A stretch of 64,000 nt of DNA. Origin: Ostreococcus lucimarinus. Lineage: Eukaryota. The translations under genes were made by a program, and so were the position numbers. The notes below the pieces were generated by a model. The model was not told the origin of the DNA. It searched no databases and saw only the letters and a program-made list of their open reading frames with translations. Numbering within the stretch: the stretch's first letter is position 1; the number at the start of each line of letters is the position of its first letter. Location: the NCBI GenBank assembly GCA_000092065.1, contig CP000590.1; one strand, 5' to 3'. Below, piece by piece: positions 11,317 to 20,858 of the stretch.

Positions 11317-12708
11317 CTACGTCGCCACACTAGCGCCTACGACGTCCATGAGCGCGATATCAAATCCGCGCTTTAAACCCGCGAGCAAATCTTCCTTCGT
11401 TTCTAACCCCACGGACAGACGCAACAGACCACCCGGCACGTGCGGCTCCTTTTCGCCCGGCGCGCACTCGACCGAATACCTGTGTTCGATGAGCGACTCG
11501 AAACCGCCGAGCGACGTGGCGCACGTCCAATAGTCGCAACTAACGGCCATAGTTTTACAAAACTTGACGACTCGCGACAAGTTTGATCCAGTGTGTTCGG
11601 GATAAAGATGCGGAAGGAAGTCAAAGAATACGAGCGAAAGCATGCCGCCGTACACGCCGTTTGGACACATGCGATTTACGATGTCGTAATGCGCGTTCTT
11701 CGACTCCACCGTTGTATCGGTTTGAAGCCCCGGGTATAGAACGATAGCGCCGTGAGGAATTCGACTGCGCAAGTACTGTTCGAACTCGTGCGCGATCCAC
11801 ATTGCGCTTTCGCTTTGTCTGCGCACGCGCAGCTCTAGCGTACGCATGCCTCGCGAGAGCAAGTACGCGTCCATCGACCCCATCGTCGCCCCGCCGAGCT
11901 TACGCTCATGCAAGATCCGCTGCCATCGATCATCGCATTCGCGCGTCACCAAAGCTCCCGCGACGACGTCCCCGTGTCCGTTCAAATATTTGGTCGCAGA
12001 GTGCATCACGACGTCGACGCCGAACGACAACGGCTTGGTACAAATCGGCGTCAATACCGTCGAATCCACACACACGCACCCCGCATCGCACGCCCTCGCC
12101 ACGGCCACGACCTGTTCTAAATCCATCACGTCCCACGTGGGATTCGCCGGGGATTCCACCCACACCAACGCCGCTTTTCGCCCTCTCGCCGCCTCTTCCT
12201 CCAACGCGCGCTTCAACGACCGTCCCGCGTGATGCGCCGTCCCCTTCGCGTCCTCGTCTCGCCTCGCCAGCGTGTGTCCATCGACGTCACATATCACATA
12301 CGGCACATCGGGGTCGTATTCCACGACCTCCACGCCTCGCGCGGCGCACCACTCTCGAATTCGCGCGCGCACCGCGAAGTACCCGCGGCTCGGCGAGCAC
12401 GCGAACGAACTCGCGTCCGACGTCCCGCGCACCGCGCCCTCGAGCACGGCGTTCACGGCCGCCATGCCGGACGAGAACAAAGCGCAATCGCTCCCGCGCT
12501 CGAGATCGCGCAGCGTGCGCTCGCACGCGCGCACGGATGGATTATCCGGCCGAGCGTAGCACAGCGTTCGGTCGCGAAAACGCGGAAGTTCGTGCGCGTC
12601 GTCGCGCGCGTACGTCGTCGATGGGTATATGGGCTGGATGACCGAACGCGTGGGGTCGTCGGCGGCGTCGGCGGCGCCGCGGACGAGCAAGGTGCCGTGG
12701 TCGAGCAT
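11317..12708 (-). CDS. Cys/Met-metabolism PLP-dependent enzyme (cystathionine gamma-synthase / beta-lyase family)
   Basis: HSATKYLNGHGDVVAG (PLP lysine motif) and family-typical N- and C-terminal blocks. ATG at 12708. Confidence 0.85.
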   Translation of the reverse strand: MLDHGTLLVRGAADAADDPTRSVIQPIYPSTTYARDDAHELPRFRDRTLCYARPDNPSVRACERTLRDLERGSDCALFSSGMAAVNAVLEGAVRGTSDASSFACSPSRGYFAVRARIREWCAARGVEVVEYDPDVPYVICDVDGHTLARRDEDAKGTAHHAGRSLKRALEEEAARGRKAALVWVESPANPTWDVMDLEQVVAVARACDAGCVCVDSTVLTPICTKPLSFGVDVVMHSATKYLNGHGDVVAGALVTRECDDRWQRILHERKLGGATMGSMDAYLLSRGMRTLELRVRRQSESAMWIAHEFEQYLRSRIPHGAIVLYPGLQTDTTVESKNAHYDIVNRMCPNGVYGGMLSLVFFDFLPHLYPEHTGSNLSRVVKFCKTMAVSCDYWTCATSLGGFESLIEHRYSVECAPGEKEPHVPGGLLRLSVGLETKEDLLAGLKRGFDIALMDVVGASVAT

Positions 12709-12771
12709 CGCGAACGCGTCTGCGAGTGCGGCGACGGCGCGACGAAACTAAATGAATGAGCTACAACGTCG

Positions 12772-13917
12772 TCAGCGGGCGAGCGATAAGGATGCTAAAT
12801 GAACGTCTACGTCGACGCTCGCGACGTCGCGATCGATGGCGGGCGCGGCGGGTGAACTCGATTTGAATCCACGGTTCGCCGCGCGTAATGCGGCGGCGAC
12901 GTCGGGACGCGACAGATTCGGAGGCGTGAACGGCGATGTTCGGAACTGCACCGTCGGTTCCGCGGACTCGTCCACGTTTACCGTCAATCCACACGCTTTT
13001 ACGTAAGTCTCGGCGTCGCTGGCGTAGTCGAGGCGCAGGACGCGCGCCAACTCGTCGAGCTTCATCGGCGTCGAGTTCAGCGCGCAGTTGAGCGATCGCA
13101 GCGCATCGATGCGCGCGACGGCGAAGTGCCGCTCGAGGCAGCACGCGTGTTCGTACGACGCCTCGTCGACGATGGCGAAAAAACGACGCCAGTTTCCCGT
13201 CGCGAAGGCTGCTCGACACGTCATCGCGAATCTCGCGTCCTTCGTCGCCAACGTCCGTACTCCGACGCGTCTCAAGTCCCCCGCCAACTCGCTCGTCCCG
13301 TCGCGCAGGCGCACGCACAGCAGCATCGACACAAACCTTCCAACGCGTTCGACGTGCAGGTCGTCGTCGAATCCCAACTCCGCGTACGCGCTCAGCAACA
13401 TTCCAAACGTCTTTCCGAGCTGTCGCTCGCGCAGCGCCGCCGCGCCGAAATCGTCGTCGCTCGCGTCCGCCTCGCGCTCCGCCTCGCTCGTCACCGCGCG
13501 CACGATCATGCGCTCGAGCAACGCGCAGCACCTTCCGCACGCCACCGGATCGTCCGCGAACAACCCTTGCATCGCTAAATCTTGTCGCACCGCGCGCAGT
13601 CGGTCCTCGCAGAACGCGTGCGCGCTCGCGAGCGCGTTCGCCGACGCCGACGCCGACGCGCGCGTCGACGCGCGACGCGCGTCGTCGAGCGCGCGGAATA
13701 AATGGTCCACCGTGCGTTCGCACGCGTCCAGCGTTCGCACGCGCGCCGCGTCCTCCGTTCCCGCGACGACGGTGCGCGCGAACCGTTTCACCATCCTCGA
13801 CGCGTCGGCGTCGCCCGCGCCGTTCGCGCCGCCGCGCTCGAGCGCGTGCGCGTCGCCGCGCGTCGCGCGCGCGCGCGCCTCGGCGTCGGGGCACATCGCC
13901 TCGCACGCGCCGCGCAT
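12772..13917 (-). CDS. SAC3/GANP/THP3-family (PCI-like) protein
   Basis: GACEAMCPDAEARAR (the C-x-x-MCP-x-x-E-R motif), RMVKRFARTVAG and LRAVRQDLAMQ. Start at ATG 13917. The upstream part of the 669-aa track ORF is antisense to proA. Confidence 0.7.
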   Translation of the reverse strand: MRGACEAMCPDAEARARATRGDAHALERGGANGAGDADASRMVKRFARTVVAGTEDAARVRTLDACERTVDHLFRALDDARRASTRASASASANALASAHAFCEDRLRAVRQDLAMQGLFADDPVACGRCCALLERMIVRAVTSEAEREADASDDDFGAAALRERQLGKTFGMLLSAYAELGFDDDLHVERVGRFVSMLLCVRLRDGTSELAGDLRRVGVRTLATKDARFAMTCRAAFATGNWRRFFAIVDEASYEHACCLERHFAVARIDALRSLNCALNSTPMKLDELARVLRLDYASDAETYVKACGLTVNVDESAEPTVQFRTSPFTPPNLSRPDVAAALRAANRGFKSSSPAAPAIDRDVASVDVDVHLASLSLAR

Positions 13918-13989
13918 GGCGACGCGCGACGCGCGCCGCCGGACACTGGCGCGCGCGTCGTCGCAACCCCAACGACACTTCCCGTCGTC

Positions 13990-15378
13990 ATGCCCGACGA
14001 TCCCGCCACGCTGGCCCGCAAAGCGCGCGATGCGAGTCGTAAACTGCAACAGCTCCCCTCGCGCGAGCGCGCCGCGCTGCTGCGCGCCGTCGCGAACGCG
14101 CTCGAACGTCGCGAGAGCGAAATCCAAGCCGCGAACGACGAAGATTTGCGACGCGCTGAATCGTCCGATGACGTCGAAGAAGCGCTGCTGCAGCGGTTGA
14201 AACTGAAACCTGGAAAGGTGAAGCAGCTGGCGGACGGCGCGCGGGCGATCGCGAACATGGAAGAGCCGATCGGGAAGCCGCTGAGCGCGATGGAGTTGGC
14301 GAAGGGTTTGACGCTGACGAAGGTGACGGCGCCGTTGGGGGTGCTTTTGATCATATTTGAAAGCCGGCCGGACGCGCTGCCGCAGATCGCGTCGTTGGCG
14401 CTGCGGACGGGGAATGGACTGCTGCTCAAGGGTGGGAAGGAAGCGGCGAGCTCGAACGCGAAACTGCGGGAGGTCATCGTGGACGAATTTGAGGCGTTCG
14501 GCGTACCGAAGGAATGCGTGTGCCTGATCGAGGGTCGAGAAGCGGTGGCAGATCTGCTGAAGCTGGATGACGTGATCGATTTGGTGATTCCGCGCGGTTC
14601 GAACTCGTTGGTGACGTACATTCAGAATAATACGAAGATTCCCGTGCTCGGGCACGCGGACGGCGTGGTGCACGTGTACGTCGACAAGGACGCGAATGTT
14701 GACATGGCGGCGAAGTGTGCGATAGATTCGAAGATTGATTATCCCGCGGCGTGTAACGCGTTGGAGACTTTGCTCATTCACGACGATCTTGTCGCGAATG
14801 GAGGCGCGGCGGAACTCATGACGGCGTTGCGCGCGGCGGGCGTCGAACTCTTTGGCGGACCGCGCGGGACAAAGGAACTCAACCTACCAGCGGCACCGGC
14901 GCTCCGACACGAATACGGTGGCATGCAATGCTCGGTGGAACTCGTGAGCTCTATGGATAACGCCATCGATTACATCCACGCCAACGGTTCGGCGCATACT
15001 GATTGCATCATCACGTCGAACCAAAAGACGGCGGATGAATTCATCGCTCGCGTCGACAGTGCGTGCGTGTTTCATAACGCCTCCACGCGCTTCAGCGATG
15101 GATTTAGATTTGGTCTCGGCGCTGAGGTTGGTATATCTACTTCGCGAATCCATGCCCGCGGGCCCGTGGGCGTCGAAGGATTGTTGACGACGCGCTGCTT
15201 GTTGCGAGGCAAGGGGCAAATTTGCAACAAGGACAAGGGCGTGGAGTTCACGCACAAGCGACTACCGCTTCCCAAGCGCGAAGGGTTGTTTAAACCCGGT
15301 GTATTGCAACAAGTTGCGTCGAGCGTGGCGCTCTTGGCGAATAGCATCGTCGTGTTCCGAGCGATGATGAAGAAATGA
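13990..15378 (+). CDS. proA: Gamma-glutamyl phosphate reductase (stand-alone ProA, not fused to ProB)
   Basis: VLLIIFESRPDALPQI, LLLKGGKEA, IPRGSNSLV, YPAACNALETLL (catalytic Cys) and ASTRFSDGFRFGLGAEVGIST. ATG 13990 lies 72 bp from the diverging SAC3 gene. Confidence 0.9.
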   Translation: MPDDPATLARKARDASRKLQQLPSRERAALLRAVANALERRESEIQAANDEDLRRAESSDDVEEALLQRLKLKPGKVKQLADGARAIANMEEPIGKPLSAMELAKGLTLTKVTAPLGVLLIIFESRPDALPQIASLALRTGNGLLLKGGKEAASSNAKLREVIVDEFEAFGVPKECVCLIEGREAVADLLKLDDVIDLVIPRGSNSLVTYIQNNTKIPVLGHADGVVHVYVDKDANVDMAAKCAIDSKIDYPAACNALETLLIHDDLVANGGAAELMTALRAAGVELFGGPRGTKELNLPAAPALRHEYGGMQCSVELVSSMDNAIDYIHANGSAHTDCIITSNQKTADEFIARVDSACVFHNASTRFSDGFRFGLGAEVGISTSRIHARGPVGVEGLLTTRCLLRGKGQICNKDKGVEFTHKRLPLPKREGLFKPGVLQQVASSVALLANSIVVFRAMMKK

Positions 15379-15489
15379 ATCACGCATTAGACGAGTTGAC
15401 GCCGCAATTTTTCTGAACACGACGGTGTAAAAGCTTTCAAAAATCATTTTGATAACAAAGTACAAACAACGTAAAGTAGCGCACCTAAG

Positions 15490-16974
15490 TTAAATCGTCT
15501 CCAATGCGGCGATACCCTCAAGATGTTTGTAGTTCTTCTTCAGGATGTCGCGCGAATCGGAGATTCTAAAATCGTATCCGTGTTTCTGGGCCCATTCCTG
15601 CATGATGGGACGAAGCTTGTGAAGCTTGTAACGCGGCATGGTGGGGAATAAGTGGTGAATGAGCTGCGTGTCCATACCACCCCACAACCAACGCTCGAGT
15701 GGATTCTTCACGTCCGCTTCGCGAGTGCTTCTAAACTGAATATCGACGAAGGAACCGTCTTCATACATGATTTCCTCGCTCTGGTGCGTAGCGGTGACGA
15801 GAGAGCCTACCAAAAACCCACCGATGAGCATGGAGCCGATGGCGACACCCAAAGGAAGCGTGCCGAACAACCACGCGTAGTGGCCGACGAGCAAAGCGAG
15901 CTCAGTCTTATCCTTGCGCGCCCACGCACTCGCGACGCTGTGTCGGCGCCAGAGCACGTACGTCATCGCGTAGAGCGGATAGCCGTAGATGTGCTGGTAC
16001 TTGCGCAACCAGCTATCCGGGCGCCCACTGGTCTCCGGCGGCGACAAGTAATACAGAGGCTCGAGTTTGATGTCGCCGTCCTTACCGTCGACGTTCGTGA
16101 ACGAGTGGTGCATGTTGTGCTTGTGCGACCACCATTCGGCGGAAAACCCATTCGTCAACGCGCCAAAGCAGCGCATCATCGAGCACCACTTCCCGCGGCC
16201 GTGAACGTAGTCGTGCGCGAGCCATCCGGCTTGTTGCATCCCTATCCCGATCGAGATCGCGGCTAAGATCGGGTGCGTCGCCGCGATGGCTTGTCCGACG
16301 ACGTAGCATCCCAAAACTTGCGCCAACACCGAGAGTTCGGAGAGCGCGTTGCGTTTAAACCAGCCCTCCGCCTCCAACTTCCCTCGCAACTCCCCGAACT
16401 CGGCGTTCGCCGTCGTCAGCCTTTGCGTTTCGTACTCTTCCGTATCATACGGTGCATCGCACTTCGGCAACGCGCGCAAGCGTTTCAACGCCTCGTCGCT
16501 CCCGTTCGGCCCGTACGAGTGCAGCGCGTAAAACACATCCGTCGCGTCTTGTCCGTTCAACAACCGCACGAACCCCGCCCCACCGGGATGCGCCAGCGCC
16601 CACCCCGTCGCATCGTACCACTGTCCATCGACCTTCAGCTTCACTTCCTCCGTCCGTCGCCGGCGCCCGCTCTGCTTCTCGTTCGCTTCCGCCGCCTGTT
16701 CCAGCACCGCCGCGCTCGCGCCGAACGGGCTCAGGAACCCCCACGGCTTCTTCGCCTTCCCATCGTCGCCCGCCGCCGTCGCCGTCGCCGTCGCGTCGTC
16801 CGCGCTCTCGTGTCCCATCGCGTCCGAGATCGCGTCGATCCGCGTCGTCGTCGTCGTCGTCCTCGCGCGCGGTCGCCGTCGAATCGTCGCCGACGTCACG
16901 GCGACATCTTGTCGCGCGCGCGCGCGTCTGCGCGTCGTGAGCGCGCGCGCGTCGCACGTCGCGACGGCGGGCAT
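15490..16974 (-). CDS. Cytochrome b5-fused front-end fatty-acid/sphingolipid desaturase
   Basis: HPGG heme motif and His boxes HDYVH, WWSHKHNMHH and QLIHHLFP (the Q-x-x-HH box is typical of front-end desaturases). Start is either ATG 16974 or an internal M (MGHESADD). Confidence 0.85.
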   Translation of the reverse strand: MPAVATCDARALTTRRRARARQDVAVTSATIRRRPRARTTTTTTRIDAISDAMGHESADDATATATAAGDDGKAKKPWGFLSPFGASAAVLEQAAEANEKQSGRRRRTEEVKLKVDGQWYDATGWALAHPGGAGFVRLLNGQDATDVFYALHSYGPNGSDEALKRLRALPKCDAPYDTEEYETQRLTTANAEFGELRGKLEAEGWFKRNALSELSVLAQVLGCYVVGQAIAATHPILAAISIGIGMQQAGWLAHDYVHGRGKWCSMMRCFGALTNGFSAEWWSHKHNMHHSFTNVDGKDGDIKLEPLYYLSPPETSGRPDSWLRKYQHIYGYPLYAMTYVLWRRHSVASAWARKDKTELALLVGHYAWLFGTLPLGVAIGSMLIGGFLVGSLVTATHQSEEIMYEDGSFVDIQFRSTREADVKNPLERWLWGGMDTQLIHHLFPTMPRYKLHKLRPIMQEWAQKHGYDFRISDSRDILKKNYKHLEGIAALETI

Positions 16975-17310
16975 GCTTTCCGCGTCGCGTCGCGCGTCGC
17001 GTCGTCCGTCGCTCGGCCGCGCGCGCGCGTGTGCGGCGCGCGCGCGCGCGCCGTATCCTCCGACGCGCGAAGATAAGACGTCGATTCGTATGCGTTTAAA
17101 CATCATTAAATGCGAAAGATCGCGCCGACGTCGATTGAATTCGCAGACGATAAATACTCGATTCCAAACCCTGGATGTAACACGGAACAGACACACGACT
17201 CGACGGCGCGACGGCGCGACGGCGCAGTGCGCGCCGCGGCGCGGCGAACGACGCGCGCGCGCGGCCGAGCGCGCGTCGCGCCGCGATCGTCGACGCCGCG
17301 ATCGCCGACG

Positions 17311-17778
17311 ATGATTCGATTCGCGCTGTTATTCAGCAAACAAGCGAAGATTCGCCTGAGCAAGTACTACGTCCTGACGAACCAAAAGGAGCGGAAGAGG
17401 ATCGAGCGCGACGTCACGTCGCGAATCATACCGCGCGCGAACAAGCTGTGCAACGTCGTCGAGTACCGGGACGTGAAGCTGGTGTACAGGAAGTACGCGA
17501 GCCTGTACTTTTGTCTGGCGGTGGACCGAGGCGCGAACGAGCTCGCGACGCTGGAGATGATTCAACACTACGTCGAGATCTTGGACAAGTACTTCGGGAA
17601 CGTGTGCGAATTGGATTTAGTGTTCAACTTTCACAAGGCGCACTACGTGTTGGACGAGGTGTTCATCGCGGGGCATCTGCAGGAGACGTCGAAGAAGTTG
17701 ATCGCGCGGTTGGTGGGCGAGCACGACGCGCTCGTGGAACGCGTCAAATTGGGCGGCCCCGCGGCCGAGGACGCGTGA
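17311..17778 (+). CDS. Adaptor-protein complex sigma (small) subunit
   Basis: MIRFALLFSKQAKIRLSKYY..., LYFCLAVD and ELATLEMIQHYVEILDKYFGNVCELDLVFNF. Which AP complex it belongs to is unresolved. Confidence 0.85.
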   Translation: MIRFALLFSKQAKIRLSKYYVLTNQKERKRIERDVTSRIIPRANKLCNVVEYRDVKLVYRKYASLYFCLAVDRGANELATLEMIQHYVEILDKYFGNVCELDLVFNFHKAHYVLDEVFIAGHLQETSKKLIARLVGEHDALVERVKLGGPAAEDA

Positions 17779-17965
17779 TTGGCGAGCGCGCAATTCGCGC
17801 GCGCGCGCGCGCGTTTTTTTTCGCGACGCTCGCGCGCGGTGTATTTTCCTAGGTTAGCGATGCGAGCAGGCCAGGGCGCGTTCGTTCGCGCGCGCTCGGC
17901 GGCTCTGGCGGTTGTAGCGTAGCAAAAGCTTCTGATCGTCATTCGCACGCGCGCGACGCGATCCG

Positions 17966-18774
<809 letters not shown>

Positions 18775-18778
18775 GACA

Positions 18779-20113
18779 CTACACAGAGAGCGTACCTTTG
18801 CTCGACGCCACGGAGCCCGCGCGTCGCGGATCAATCGCCGCGCACTGTCGCAAGCACTTACCGAAAGCCTTCGCCGCGGCTGTGGCAACTTCGGCTTCGT
18901 CCGCGCCGCGCGCGTGCTCGACCAAGTGCACCGTCATTTGCCCGTTGAACGTCAAACTCATGAACATGTGCTCGACCATCTCCACGCTGAGGTCGCCCAC
19001 TTTGTCGCTCTCGAGCTCGAGTCCGTACCCCAAGTACGGGCGATTGCTAAGATCCATGACGCACTCCACCGTGGCCTCACCCTCGGTGGACATCGCGCTC
19101 CCCATGCGATTACACCCTTTCTTAGTCCCCAGCGCCTTGTTCAGCGCTTGGCCGACGGCGATGGACACGTCTTCCGCCGTGTGGTGGTCGTCTATCCACA
19201 AGTCTCCCGTGGCGGCGATGTTCAGCGCCACCCCGGCTTCGCGTTGAATCGCGGTGAACAATCCATCGAGGGCGACGATACCGGTGCTGATCTTCGATCC
19301 CTCGACGTCATCGCGACTGGCGTCTAAATCCAGCTTCACGTCGATGGACGTCTCCTTCGTCGAGCGTTGAATCGCGCTTCGCCGCGTCTCCTCGCTCGCG
19401 GCGGCGCCCGCGTACACGTCGATCCCTTCCGCCGCGTCCATCGCCGCGCGAACCCCCCGCGCGAACGCCTTGAACGTCGATTCGACGATATGATGCGCGT
19501 TATCCCCGCGCTCTTTCACCAACCGCACGCTCACCCCCGCTTCCTCCGCTAACGCTCGCCAAAACGTCTCCGTGAGCGCCGTCGGATACGTCCCGATGCT
19601 CGCGCGTCCCGCCGTCCCCGGCTTCCCATACGGCGCCAGCGCGAACGTCTCCAGCCCTCGCTCGCCGTACAGCTCGATCCCACACGTCGCGTACGCCTCG
19701 TCCAACGGCGCCGCGAACCGCGCCTTCGCCCGCTCCCCGGCGCCTCTCCCGTCTCCCAGCGTCTCTCGCAGCGCCGCGCCCAGCGCCGCGCCCGCGCACC
19801 GAAACGCCTCCTCGTCGCTCACCCCTCCCGCGTCGCGCGCCTCCTCGCACGTCACCCCGCGTCGCGTCAGCACGCAGTGCACGCCCAACTGCGCGTGCGC
19901 GGTGAGCTGATCGATCATGTGATCCAGGAACGGCGCGCCCGTCGCGATCGTCCCGCGCGCGCCGTTCGCATCGATCACCGCGACGCCCTGGACGTCCCCG
20001 CACGCGCGCTCCGCGCGTCCGACCGCCCACGGCGACGTCGCGCGCGTTCGCGCGCGTCGTCTCCCGGCGTCGCGGCGTCGCGGCGCGCACGGCGCGAGGC
20101 GCAGCGTCGCCAT
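18779..20113 (-). CDS. hisB: Imidazoleglycerol-phosphate dehydratase with two tandem IGPD domains (444 aa) and a presequence
   Basis: N-copy (aa ~31-226): TGAPFLDHMIDQL, FAAPLDEAY, GDNAHHIVESTFKAFARG. C-copy (aa ~245-444): STKETSIDVKLDLD, GDLWIDDHHTAEDVSIAVGQAL, DLSNRPYL, VASSKGTL. ATG at 20113. Confidence 0.85.
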   Translation of the reverse strand: MATLRLAPCAPRRRDAGRRRARTRATSPWAVGRAERACGDVQGVAVIDANGARGTIATGAPFLDHMIDQLTAHAQLGVHCVLTRRGVTCEEARDAGGVSDEEAFRCAGAALGAALRETLGDGRGAGERAKARFAAPLDEAYATCGIELYGERGLETFALAPYGKPGTAGRASIGTYPTALTETFWRALAEEAGVSVRLVKERGDNAHHIVESTFKAFARGVRAAMDAAEGIDVYAGAAASEETRRSAIQRSTKETSIDVKLDLDASRDDVEGSKISTGIVALDGLFTAIQREAGVALNIAATGDLWIDDHHTAEDVSIAVGQALNKALGTKKGCNRMGSAMSTEGEATVECVMDLSNRPYLGYGLELESDKVGDLSVEMVEHMFMSLTFNGQMTVHLVEHARGADEAEVATAAAKAFGKCLRQCAAIDPRRAGSVASSKGTLSV

Positions 20114-20137
20114 TCGTCGACGCGTCGCTCTTTGCCG

Positions 20138-20806
20138 ATGCACGCGGGGACGCCCTCGGCCGAGGGCGCGCACGCGCTGCTGTGCGTCGCGCTCGCGTGC
20201 GTGATGAGCGCGCGAACGTTTCGCGACGCGCTCGCGCGCGACGCGCGCGACGCGACGCCGCGGGCGCGAGAGGCGCGCGCGTGGGTCGCGGGAGGGGTGC
20301 TGTGTGTGTTCACAGTGAGCTATTGGATTTTGGCGCGCGGAGAAGGCGCCGCGGCGAAAGCGCGGGCGCCGGGAACGGCGGCGCACGTCGCGTGGACGCT
20401 CGCGCCGTCGAACGCGATGTATGTGATCGCGATGGCGCGACGAGGGGGGATGACGCGGCGAGGGACGGCGTACATGGTGAGCGGCGCGTGCGCGAGCGCC
20501 GTCGGCGCGATTACGGGACGGCGAAGCGCGGGACGAATGGCGGCGCTGTGCGCGGGATTCGCGACGACGAGGACGGGAGAGGGAGATTGGCGCGCGTTCG
20601 GGATTGCGATGACGTGGTACGTCGCGCTGAGGTTGTGCGTGGAGGATGGGGAGGAGGTGTATTTTGTGAACTGGGCGGGGACGATTTTGTGCGAGACGGC
20701 GGCGCTCGCCATGGTCAAGTTCGGCAAGTTCGGCAAGTTCGGCGGCGCGGGGAAGCGCGCGGGCGGTCTCGCTTCGGGTGGAGTCGAGACGAAGAAGGCG
20801 CGGTAG
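20138..20806 (+). CDS. Multi-pass membrane protein of unknown family with a KFGKFGKFGG C-terminus
   Basis: Several hydrophobic segments and G/C-ending codons. ATG 20138 is only 24 bp from the diverging IGPD ATG. No family recognised. Confidence 0.45.
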   Translation: MHAGTPSAEGAHALLCVALACVMSARTFRDALARDARDATPRAREARAWVAGGVLCVFTVSYWILARGEGAAAKARAPGTAAHVAWTLAPSNAMYVIAMARRGGMTRRGTAYMVSGACASAVGAITGRRSAGRMAALCAGFATTRTGEGDWRAFGIAMTWYVALRLCVEDGEEVYFVNWAGTILCETAALAMVKFGKFGKFGGAGKRAGGLASGGVETKKAR

Positions 20807-20858
20807 TTAGCGATCGTGTTTTATTCAATGTCATTAAATGTAGCGCGTCGTGACGGCA

